A stretch of 35,044 nt of DNA from an archaeon (GTDB taxonomy: Archaea; Iainarchaeota; Iainarchaeia; Iainarchaeales; Iainarchaeaceae), in the NCBI GenBank assembly GCA_035289485.1, contig DATDXA010000063.1, forward strand, positions 1 to 35,044, written 5' to 3'. Shown one piece after another: positions 27,769-35,044 of the stretch. The notes under the pieces were generated by a model. That model had not been told where the DNA came from and did not search any database. It saw nothing but the letters and a program-made list of their open reading frames with translations. Every line of letters begins with the position of its first letter. Within the stretch, counting starts at the first letter, position 1. Made by a program: the position numbers and the translations under genes.

Positions 27769-28257
27769 CTACAATGCCCTTTTTTTCAGGAGAAGGCTGG
27801 AACGCCACGGGTTAGTTGAGGAGGTGCGCCTTGCCATGCGCTCCTTTTCTTTAAGACGCTTTAAATCGAATGAAATCCCGGCAAATTCATTCACAGGTTT
27901 GAAGCCGACAGTACTTGTTTGCCTAGGGGTTGGTTTAGGGTATGGGGCTGCTTTTGTTTTTTGTTTATTTGCGGTCCATGTTTTGCTCAGCCCTGGAAGA
28001 TGGTTATGCAAGTATTGTTCAGTATAAATACCCACAAACAATTTGGCTACCAGTTCAGGTGTCACACCCGACTTTTTTTGCATTTCTGGAGAGCACAATT
28101 CTTTTGCCTTTCGAAACGCACGCTGGGCATCTCGAAAAATATCCCCATCTATAATTCGGCGGCTGCCATTATTTCGTGCAATAATTTCTTTTATGGCCTT
28201 CTCAAGCGAGGCACGGCCAGTTATTTGCCCGCTGATTGGAATTGGATTCTCAGGCAT
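27769..28257 (-). CDS. Orphan basic protein
   Basis: ATG after GAGGTTG; Lys/Arg-rich with a basic C-terminal tail; no family recognised. Confidence 0.7.
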   Translation of the reverse strand: MPENPIPISGQITGRASLEKAIKEIIARNNGSRRIIDGDIFRDAQRAFRKAKELCSPEMQKKSGVTPELVAKLFVGIYTEQYLHNHLPGLSKTWTANKQKTKAAPYPKPTPRQTSTVGFKPVNEFAGISFDLKRLKEKERMARRTSSTNPWRSSLLLKKRAL

Positions 28258-28470
28258 CAGGCAACCTCTGCATTCTTAACCGGAGCCTGCCCGCTCAGGC
28301 TGATGAATATCTCCCCAAAAAATAAATGCTGTTATTATATGGTATAAGCGTTAAATTTTCAAGACTGCTAATTAGCATATTCATAATGTAAATATATAAT
28401 TGCAAACTGATATATATAATTTGCATATAAACCGCCCCAATTATATGCGGGTGATATATATGAAGTCGAT

Positions 28471-28572
28471 ATGACACACAAAGAGCCGTCAGGCCGCCAT
28501 TCTGAAAAAAAATATTGGCGAAATGTTGGGAAAAAAATAGATGCTGAAATTCGCAAAGCAATTGAAAGGTGA
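28471..28572 (+). CDS. Small ORF (33 aa, MTHKEPSGRHSEKKYWRNVGKKIDAEIRKAIER)
   Basis: Below the ORF-track cutoff; its stop lies inside the AGGTGA RBS of the next gene. Confidence 0.4.
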   Translation: MTHKEPSGRHSEKKYWRNVGKKIDAEIRKAIER

Positions 28573-28579
28573 TTTACAA

Positions 28580-29209
28580 ATGACAGATGATTGGATAACT
28601 GAAGAAGAAAAGGTAGTTACTTCAATCAGCATCCCAAAAGAATTCCATTCCGAACTAAAAGAGTTTTCAGAAAGTTTGGGATTACCCATGAGCGAAGTCA
28701 TTGTACGCTATTTGAAAATTGCTTTTAATGTGGAACAAAGTGGGGTGCCAAATGACCTTGCAGAAGTTACCGCTTCAAACACCAAAATGGAACGTTATTT
28801 GAAAAAAATCGTAGACGAACAGGAAAATGTTAAGAGAATTGCTGATGAGCGAAGGGAAGCCTTGCGAAAAATGGCTGAAAAGCATGACAAACAAAGAGTC
28901 AAAGAGTTGGCTGAAAAAGACAAACTGCGCAAAATGCAAAAACGCTTTATCCTCAAAAATAAAGCAACAGGCATAAAGCTAGAGGATGGTGAACTTGGAA
29001 GGGAAACTCTGATAAGCCCTGAACACAAATACTGGCCTATTGTTTGTAATGGAATACGGCTTGAACTAGAAGAACTGTTATCTGATGACTCATTGGATTG
29101 GAAACAAATTGAGAAAAGGAAGGACATTTTTGAAGGGAAAAGTCAAATGGGCGGGATTCTTACAAAGTCTTTCAAAAAGGAAAAAGAGGTGAAACAAAAT
29201 GAGAAATAG
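28580..29209 (+). CDS. Ribbon-helix-helix (CopG-like) domain protein with coiled coil
   Basis: VVTSISIPKEFHSELKEFSESLGLPMSEVIVRYL fits the RHH beta-alpha-alpha pattern; ATG 28580 after AGGTGA. Confidence 0.72.
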   Translation: MTDDWITEEEKVVTSISIPKEFHSELKEFSESLGLPMSEVIVRYLKIAFNVEQSGVPNDLAEVTASNTKMERYLKKIVDEQENVKRIADERREALRKMAEKHDKQRVKELAEKDKLRKMQKRFILKNKATGIKLEDGELGRETLISPEHKYWPIVCNGIRLELEELLSDDSLDWKQIEKRKDIFEGKSQMGGILTKSFKKEKEVKQNEK

Positions 29210-29495
29210 AGCAATGGAACTGGGTTCAATTTGGGAATTCGGTGCAATTGTGGATGGGAAAACTAGATATTTTTCCAAAAATCCGCAGAGTAAATATAGC
29301 GAGGCAGAATTAATTGAAGATATTTTACGCAGAATTGAAAGTTTAGAAGGAAAAATAGCTTCAACACCTGGGTCGTCAGAAACTGCGAGGAGAAACAAAC
29401 TTAAGGTTGCCTGGGAGCGAGCTGACAGATATGGTAGCGCAAAAGCGTTAGAAATGGCTTACGAACGAAGCCTTAGAGCTTACCAAAGGATTTGA
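29199..29495 (+). CDS. Hypothetical protein (98 aa)
   Basis: GAGGTGA RBS; overlaps the upstream stop. Confidence 0.7.
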   Translation: MRNRAMELGSIWEFGAIVDGKTRYFSKNPQSKYSEAELIEDILRRIESLEGKIASTPGSSETARRNKLKVAWERADRYGSAKALEMAYERSLRAYQRI

Positions 29496-29592
29496 TGCTG
29501 GCATATGGCACCTCGATAAAACTCAGGAAAGGCAGGGAGGTTTGCTCTCCTATGGTTTCCTCCCTGCTTTACTTGTTGCAAATGGTGGTTGA

Positions 29593-30075
29593 ATGGGAGA
29601 ATTTCCGCATAAGTTTTCAAAAGAAGAATCAATCCGTGGCGGTTCAAGTCGCAGCTTGGCAAAGAAATTATCCTCCCCTATAAATCGGATTACAGACAGA
29701 AACGTGCTGCTAAATACAATTGATGCGAAAATCGGTGAGAGTGTGCAGGACAAGGCTGCGTTGAAAAATCTCTTGCTGCTCGCAGGCTCTAACGAGGGCA
29801 GGCATTTGATTTCTGAAATGATTGACGTTCTTATAAATTTGAAAAATAGTACGGGCGCGGATGATTTCGAGAGAAATAATATTTACTTGCAGCGTTTGAT
29901 GGATTTCAAAAGAAGCATTTGGGGCGACAAGCTGCAAATTATATCGCAAAAAGAAATAGAGGACAAAAAAGAATATTTTCGGCGGATTGATGCATTTCAA
30001 AGAGCTGGAGTGCAGGACGATGGATACAGGGAAAGGGTCGATAAAATACTTAATGAAAAACTGGAGGCTGATTAA
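29593..30075 (+). CDS. Hypothetical helical protein, possibly terminase-small-subunit-like
   Basis: GGTGG RBS supports the gene. The N-terminus FSKEESIRGGSSRSLAKK recalls KGG-type basic N-termini of some viral TerS proteins; function is speculative. Confidence 0.6.
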   Translation: MGEFPHKFSKEESIRGGSSRSLAKKLSSPINRITDRNVLLNTIDAKIGESVQDKAALKNLLLLAGSNEGRHLISEMIDVLINLKNSTGADDFERNNIYLQRLMDFKRSIWGDKLQIISQKEIEDKKEYFRRIDAFQRAGVQDDGYRERVDKILNEKLEAD

Positions 30076-30078
30076 AGC

Positions 30079-30165
30079 ATGAACAAAATTGAGAAATTGA
30101 AGGCGGAATTAAGCGAAATTAAGCAAATCATTTATTCGTTGTGCGAAGACAAACTAAACCATTGA
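30079..30165 (+). CDS. Small ORF (28 aa, MNKIEKLKAELSEIKQIIYSLCEDKLNH)
   Basis: GGAGG upstream; amphipathic helix; starts 3 nt after the previous stop. Confidence 0.45.
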   Translation: MNKIEKLKAELSEIKQIIYSLCEDKLNH

Positions 30166-30176
30166 GGCGAGTTGAA

Positions 30177-30365
30177 TTGAAGAAAATCTATCACGTCATA
30201 TTCGAGGACAAGGAAAAATGTTTGAACGTGGAAATACCGCAAAACACAAAAGCACATCTACTTTTGACCAACGAAACAGGAGAAACACGGCTGGACTTTG
30301 ATTGTGTAAGGCAATTCTTCCTAGGAAAACCACAGGACACCATTGGAAATTCTAATACAAAGTAA
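30177..30365 (+). CDS. Small hypothetical protein (~62 aa)
   Basis: TTG start after GAGGCG; last gene of the + strand run. Confidence 0.5.
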   Translation: MKKIYHVIFEDKEKCLNVEIPQNTKAHLLLTNETGETRLDFDCVRQFFLGKPQDTIGNSNTK

Positions 30366-30451
30366 AGGGCATTAAGAATCCCTTATTGGGGTTAATATTT
30401 CTCAATGGAACAATAAACAATCATGGTGTTTAGGGGAAATGTTATAGTCTT

Positions 30452-31393
30452 TTACTTTAGCCTCACAGTTTTGATAGTTTGAGTATAAGTTACACTATCA
30501 ATAGTCAACTTGATTGTCGCTTCTGCAACATCAGGATATTCATCTATTGGTTTAATATAATTCATTTTGTAAGTTAGTTTTATTGATTTGTTCCCTAAGT
30601 TATCTTCAGAATAGGTTTCTAACTCATAATCATTTTCTGAAAAAGTGGTTTCCCATGCTTCAATTAATTGTTTTGTTTCACTATTGTAAATGCTTGTTTC
30701 TATTTTTCCACTAAAAGGTTGTGGATGCATATCCCAAAAATAAATACTGTTAATTAGCCCATCTTTTTCAGCGTCTGAATCCCAGTTTTCAGTACTTAAT
30801 CGACTCTCAAAATAAGACAATCCTGGAATTTTTTCAACACCAACATCGTCTTTTTCAATTTTCTTTAATCGGATTAATTCTTCCTTTGCAGAAAATTCTT
30901 TGCCACTCGTTATAAAAGTTGCTTCCAAATTAGCTAATGTTTCTTTTTGCAATTCATCCTTAAATTCCAAAACAAATACAGGGTAATCTCCAGCCATGCT
31001 ACTTCTAAAGGAGTAAATTTCAACATTGTTCCATTCTTCAATTAGCTCTCCGTTTTCTCGTGAATATAATTTTGCATCAACAGTACCTTCAGGGTGTTTT
31101 TCTCCAACTTTAGCATGGTAACTCTCCATATCAGGTTCCTTTAAAATAAAAATAAGCAATATTACATCTTCAGCTTCATCTAAATCCATATTCATTGGGT
31201 TTGCTACCCAAATATCAACAGAAACTATTTCAAATTTTGAATCAGGCAGATTTTGTACCTTATTTATTTTTTCGCTATTTACTGGTCCAACCCCATTAGT
31301 TGAAGAACTGCAACCAGCTAACAATAAGAGTATAGTAATTAATAAAAAAATTAATTTTGTTTTGTTATTTATATTTTGATAAGTCAACCTCAA
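30452..31393 (-). CDS. Lipoprotein with two related beta-rich domains
   Basis: Lipobox LLLAGC; TTG start (31393 or 31387) after GAGGAGG; internal duplication. Confidence 0.8.
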   Translation of the reverse strand: MRLTYQNINNKTKLIFLLITILLLLAGCSSSTNGVGPVNSEKINKVQNLPDSKFEIVSVDIWVANPMNMDLDEAEDVILLIFILKEPDMESYHAKVGEKHPEGTVDAKLYSRENGELIEEWNNVEIYSFRSSMAGDYPVFVLEFKDELQKETLANLEATFITSGKEFSAKEELIRLKKIEKDDVGVEKIPGLSYFESRLSTENWDSDAEKDGLINSIYFWDMHPQPFSGKIETSIYNSETKQLIEAWETTFSENDYELETYSEDNLGNKSIKLTYKMNYIKPIDEYPDVAEATIKLTIDSVTYTQTIKTVRLK

Positions 31394-32474
31394 ATTCCTC
31401 CTCTCCTTTATCAAAGACGGCAATAATTGTTACTTTTTTATCGCCAAACTCTTTAAATCCAAAAAATGTTTGCAATGTGTAATAATAATCACCCATGCCT
31501 GTAGATGATTTTTCACTTGCATAGAAAGTTTCCGAGCCTTTTTTGATAACAAATGTTTTAAATGAGCCATATTCGTTTGATTTGTAAGAACAGGAAATAG
31601 CTAATTCATCCTCTATAAGCTTATTTGCAATTTCTAAATCCGTAAAAGTTTCATGTTTTTCCTCTTTTTCTACAAATTGCCTTACTGCCCTCACAAAAGG
31701 GGTTTTGATTGAAATTTCACAATTACTTCCGAAAGTACAATCGATTTCAGGTTCTAGCTTACATTTTTCTTCTTCTGAATCAAATTTACATTCTTTTGCA
31801 AGATTTCTAACTTTAGTGACATCCGCAATACTGTAAGTAGTTAACCCTAATTCTAAAATTTCTAAAGACGTATACTTTGGGAGTTCATAAACTGTTGTTG
31901 TTACCTTTTCAAAGTACCCGCCTAACGGCAAACTAAAAGCCAAATATATTGTACCTTCTTGCTTCAACATACTTTTTTCGATTTCTGCCAACGGAATTTT
32001 ACCCAACCAAATAAGTCTTTCTACTTTAGGAGAAAATGCAGATGTGCTTACTTCAGCTCTAAAAAAATCTTCTTTGTTGACCTCAAAAGTTTTTTGAAAA
32101 ACAGTTTCTCCTGATTCATTCTTAATTTCAATGTCTGCTGTACCATCTAAAGCGATATCTTCTTGATTTACGTCTAGAAAACTGAACCAAAACTTGATAC
32201 ATTCTATTCCGTCACATTCTCCAGCGTGTGTTGCATCAAACCCATAAATACTCTTAACTTGCGCTTCTAAATTATTTTGCGGATTATTTTGACTTGCAAT
32301 AGTTTGTTTGTTCCCAACTTCACGCAAACACAACTCTTTTACTTTTATGTCACTTATGCCTGCACATATAGAAGGGTCATTTTTCTCAATGGCAACCCTA
32401 TAAAAATCATCATCTGTCAGACAACCACTAAACAGAAGAATACTCGTTAGTAGTAAAATAACTAAAATTTTCAT
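31365..32474 (-). CDS. Lipoprotein
   Basis: MKILVILLLTSILLFSGC lipobox; ND..IC..I......LC module; beta-rich domains. Confidence 0.85.
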   Translation of the reverse strand: MKILVILLLTSILLFSGCLTDDDFYRVAIEKNDPSICAGISDIKVKELCLREVGNKQTIASQNNPQNNLEAQVKSIYGFDATHAGECDGIECIKFWFSFLDVNQEDIALDGTADIEIKNESGETVFQKTFEVNKEDFFRAEVSTSAFSPKVERLIWLGKIPLAEIEKSMLKQEGTIYLAFSLPLGGYFEKVTTTVYELPKYTSLEILELGLTTYSIADVTKVRNLAKECKFDSEEEKCKLEPEIDCTFGSNCEISIKTPFVRAVRQFVEKEEKHETFTDLEIANKLIEDELAISCSYKSNEYGSFKTFVIKKGSETFYASEKSSTGMGDYYYTLQTFFGFKEFGDKKVTIIAVFDKGEEEFEVDLSKYK

Positions 32475-32477
32475 TTT

Positions 32478-33665
32478 TTAGTCACCCACCGAATTATTTA
32501 TCTTTAAAGTTAAGCTCGCTTCCCCTTTCGTAAGATTTTTTACTAACTCTTCCAATTCTGATTTCAAAAAATTCTCTGTAAAATTTTCTCCGTATTTCGA
32601 GCTCATCATTTTCAAACATTCAACTTCAATCTCGTCCTTCTTAGAGGAAGTGCCCAGTTTAGATTTTGTTTTCTCAATGTCTTCTGCCAAAGTGACAAAA
32701 GTTTTTTGAAGTTTACGAAGCCTTTTTTGGAATTCTTTTATTTCAGCCGGAACGGTTTTCAAAATTGGCATATAATCATCAACGTCACAATTTACACATG
32801 AAGATAACGTACCAAAAACATTTGCCGCCAAACCAAAATTATTAATATCGAATTCAAGAGTCCCTTCTATAATTTTTAGCCTCTCTAACAGTTCTGCTTT
32901 AAGTTCTTCTTTAGCACTTTCCTCGGCTTCATGCGAGGTTCCTTCCTGCACTAAAGCCTGTAGAGCGAACCCTAAAAGTAAAACTCTGTTTGCGCCAAAT
33001 GTCAAAGTTTTTTGTCTTCCTTGCACGGCTATACGAACAGCGTCGCTGAAAGGCTCAAGAGATACAATCTTATTGCTTGCATAGTTATAGCTTTTGAACT
33101 GCCCATTGAAAATAAACCGTTTATTTGTAACAAACAAGATGCCATTGTCTATTTGTCTCAGTTCCCCATGTGATTCAGCAACACTAGACCCTAAGCGCAC
33201 CCACCATCCTTTCATTATCCTGACACTATGTCCACCATAATTGGATACTCTTACCGCTCGCTCTTCACAAAAATTTGAAAAATCTTTATACAAGATTTTT
33301 TCATCTTTCTGCAATATTATTTTCTCGTTTGATTCTTGTAAAGTTTCTCGTGCAGTTAAATATTCAGTAAGTTTTTCAATTTTAGAGTTAAGGTTAGAAT
33401 TATCTTTTGTAGAGCCTATACTCCATGCATCATATACATTCCAAACCCACACGACAAATAAAAGCGTCCAAAATAATGCCCCTGCATCTAAGATACTTGC
33501 AATAATTGCGAGCAATATAAGGAAGAATGCTCCTGCCATAACAAGGATGCCTCTCAATAAGCGTCCTTTAATTATTTGCCCAAGTCCTGGCCAGAAGAAT
33601 GAAGCAAAACTAGCAATAAACTTCTTTGTTTCTTTATCCAAGTTACTCAGCCTATATGTTACCAT
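32478..33665 (-). CDS. Membrane protein with N-terminal TM hairpin, PH-like middle domain and helical C-terminus
   Basis: SFFWPGLGQIIKG..LRG...WVWNVYDAW; ILQKDEKILY...DNGILFVTNKRFIF; ATG 33665. Confidence 0.8.
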   Translation of the reverse strand: MVTYRLSNLDKETKKFIASFASFFWPGLGQIIKGRLLRGILVMAGAFFLILLAIIASILDAGALFWTLLFVVWVWNVYDAWSIGSTKDNSNLNSKIEKLTEYLTARETLQESNEKIILQKDEKILYKDFSNFCEERAVRVSNYGGHSVRIMKGWWVRLGSSVAESHGELRQIDNGILFVTNKRFIFNGQFKSYNYASNKIVSLEPFSDAVRIAVQGRQKTLTFGANRVLLLGFALQALVQEGTSHEAEESAKEELKAELLERLKIIEGTLEFDINNFGLAANVFGTLSSCVNCDVDDYMPILKTVPAEIKEFQKRLRKLQKTFVTLAEDIEKTKSKLGTSSKKDEIEVECLKMMSSKYGENFTENFLKSELEELVKNLTKGEASLTLKINNSVGD

Positions 33666-33683
33666 TATTAACTTTTTTATAAA

Positions 33684-33759
33684 TATATCTTTTAGATATA
33701 AGCTATCCTGATAGAGTGTATATTGCCATAAAAGCGATTTCACTATCCCATAGATAGTG
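33684..33759. promoter_or_regulatory. Divergent promoter region with three TATC..GATA inverted repeats
   Basis: TATATCT-ttt-AGATATA (33684-33700), CTATC-ct-GATAG (33703-33714), CACTATC-ccata-GATAGTG (33741-33759). Confidence 0.5.
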
Positions 33760-33767
33760 GTTTTGCT

Positions 33768-34082
33768 ATGAGATATGCACCTAAACAGTGGGGCGCGGTT
33801 GCGATAGTTATGAGGGATTCGACTTTCAAAATACTTGAGGCTTTGAGCCAAGATGCAAAAACATGGACGCAACTAAAGGACTTTTCAAGCCTAACAGATG
33901 GCGGAGTACAGAAAATAGTCAAAGAACTGATTAATAGAGGCGCAATTGAGGAGAAGCTCTTCAAGAAACAAGGTAGCGAACTAAAAGAGAAGAGATATGC
34001 ACTAACTGATAACGCCAAGAAGGAAAAGATTTTTGAGAAGGCAAAAGCCCTGAAGGAAGCGTTGAATAGATTGCAAAAATAA
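33768..34082 (+). CDS. Winged helix-turn-helix transcriptional regulator (ArsR/HxlR/MarR-like)
   Basis: KILEALSQDAKTWTQLKDFSSLTDGGVQKIVKELINRGAIE...YALTD. Confidence 0.82.
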   Translation: MRYAPKQWGAVAIVMRDSTFKILEALSQDAKTWTQLKDFSSLTDGGVQKIVKELINRGAIEEKLFKKQGSELKEKRYALTDNAKKEKIFEKAKALKEALNRLQK

Positions 34083-34148
34083 CCGTACTAGATGAGATTA
34101 TAAATTATTTATTACTTAGAAATCGATGGTGTTACTCTGAAAAATAAA

Positions 34149-35044
34149 GTGCGCAAAGTTCAAATTACGAAACAAATAGGGCTTGATGAAGTAGAATGCC
34201 CTAAATGTCACAAAATGTTTCAAATATCTGATGCTATTTCTCACCACATGCAAGAACAAGCCGACAAAATAGCAGAACAAAAAGCTGAAGAAAAAAGAGA
34301 TAAAGAAAGACTGGAGTGGGAAAAAGAGAAGGAACAAACAGTGAAAAAAGCCGTTCAAAAGGCTGAAGCAGAACTTAGTAGTGACTTGAAAGAAAAGGAT
34401 ACTAAAATAAACAATTTGAAAAAGGCGGCGAACGATTTTGAAGAAAAGGAACTGAAATGGAAAAAAGCTATTGATAAAGAAAAAGAAAGGTGGATTAAGG
34501 AAAAAGAACAGATAGAGAAAAAAGCTTTTGAGAAGGCTGAATCGGATGTCAGTGTCAAATTGAAAGAAAAAGAGGCTAAAATAAAAAGCTTGGAAAAAAT
34601 ACCTTTAGAATACGAGGAAAAAGAATTGAAGTTGAAAAAATCTCTTGCGAAAGAAAAAGAAGAGTGGGCTAAGGAAAAGGAGCAAATAGAGAAAAAAGCC
34701 CATCAGAAAGCAGAAGCTAAGGTTCTTGTTGAATTGAAAAGTAAAGATGCCGAACTAAATGATTTGAGAAAAACAGAGAAGGATTTCCAAGAAAAGCAAT
34801 TAACGTGGATAGCTGAAAAACGAGAAATTGAGAAGGATAAAAGAAACTGGGAATTGAAAAAACAACAGGAACTTGACGAAGAAATAACTAAAATTCGAAG
34901 TCAAGAGTCTAAAAGAGCGCAAGAAGAAAGTTATACAGAAGTTGCATCTCTAAAAAAAACAATTCTAGATATGCAGAAACAACTTGAAGAAGCGCAAAGA
35001 AAGGCCACCCAAGGTTCGCAGCAAACTCAAGGCGAAGTTGCCGA
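34149..35044 (+). CDS. DUF2130-like coiled-coil protein, partial (3' end outside window)
   Basis: Not in the ORF track. N-terminal CPKC zinc knuckle, long coiled coil, and KATQGSQQTQGEVA matching the QGSQQ.QGEV motif. Start GTG 34149 or CTG 34137. Confidence 0.82.
   Translation, partial: MRKVQITKQIGLDEVECPKCHKMFQISDAISHHMQEQADKIAEQKAEEKRDKERLEWEKEKEQTVKKAVQKAEAELSSDLKEKDTKINNLKKAANDFEEKELKWKKAIDKEKERWIKEKEQIEKKAFEKAESDVSVKLKEKEAKIKSLEKIPLEYEEKELKLKKSLAKEKEEWAKEKEQIEKKAHQKAEAKVLVELKSKDAELNDLRKTEKDFQEKQLTWIAEKREIEKDKRNWELKKQQELDEEITKIRSQESKRAQEESYTEVASLKKTILDMQKQLEEAQRKATQGSQQTQGEVA
34317..34838 (+). repeat. Three degenerate 174-bp (58-aa) tandem repeats inside the DUF2130-like gene
   Basis: W.KEKEQ..KKA..KAE units start at 34317, 34491 and 34665. 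Confidence 0.85.

Larger units (their letters stand above)
28316..35044. mobile_element. Left part of a putative integrated element or genomic island (continues beyond window)
   Basis: Abrupt, sustained shift to AT-rich sequence with TTA/ATA/AAA codons; RHH and HTH regulators, small tightly packed ORFs, lipoprotein cargo. No integrase in the window. Confidence 0.7.

Noticed and set aside
28280..28320. Hammerhead ribozyme or fluoride riboswitch (hairpin followed by CTGATGA at 28300-28306)
   Set aside because: There is no stem II-GAAA-stem III or NUH site, and no 5' GGCGATGG-type element.
34116..34558. Two minus-strand Phe/Ser/Leu-rich ORFs resembling membrane proteins
   Set aside because: They are antisense to the Lys/Glu-rich DUF2130-like gene, and their hydrophobicity is an artefact of AAA/GAA codons.
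28316..35044. Integrase, transposase, reverse transcriptase/DGR or known defence gene in the island
   Set aside because: No recognisable catalytic motifs or template/variable repeat pair are in the visible part; such genes may lie beyond the window.

Overview
This looks like a chromosomal window from a small-genome archaeon. The domain call rests on a tRNA with a bulge-helix-bulge intron and GGTGA/GAGGTG ribosome-binding sites. A DPANN lineage such as Ca. Iainarchaeota/Diapherotrites is my inference from gene style and the large surface proteins. Positions 1-28,315 are host-like. They carry a bacterial-type pentose phosphate operon (tal, gnd, pgl, zwf), pepA, a short bacterial-type tgt, tRNA-Arg(CCG) with a 142-nt highly structured intron, an aquaporin with an atypical filter, and a ~9-kb run of four surface-protein genes. 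They also carry a stand-alone PAS protein and a carbohydrate cluster (GH130, GT4-(alpha/alpha)6 fusion, PfkB-NagB fusion, PIG-L deacetylase, GT4, GH100-like). Several AT-richer orphan ORFs with basic termini are wedged between housekeeping genes. At ~28,316 the sequence turns abruptly AT-rich. This looks like the left end of an integrated element with an RHH protein, small virus-like ORFs, two lipoproteins, a membrane protein, an HTH regulator and a DUF2130-like protein with 58-aa repeats that runs off the window. No integrase, transposase, reverse transcriptase or CRISPR array is visible. All protein calls come from reading motifs by eye; no searches were run.
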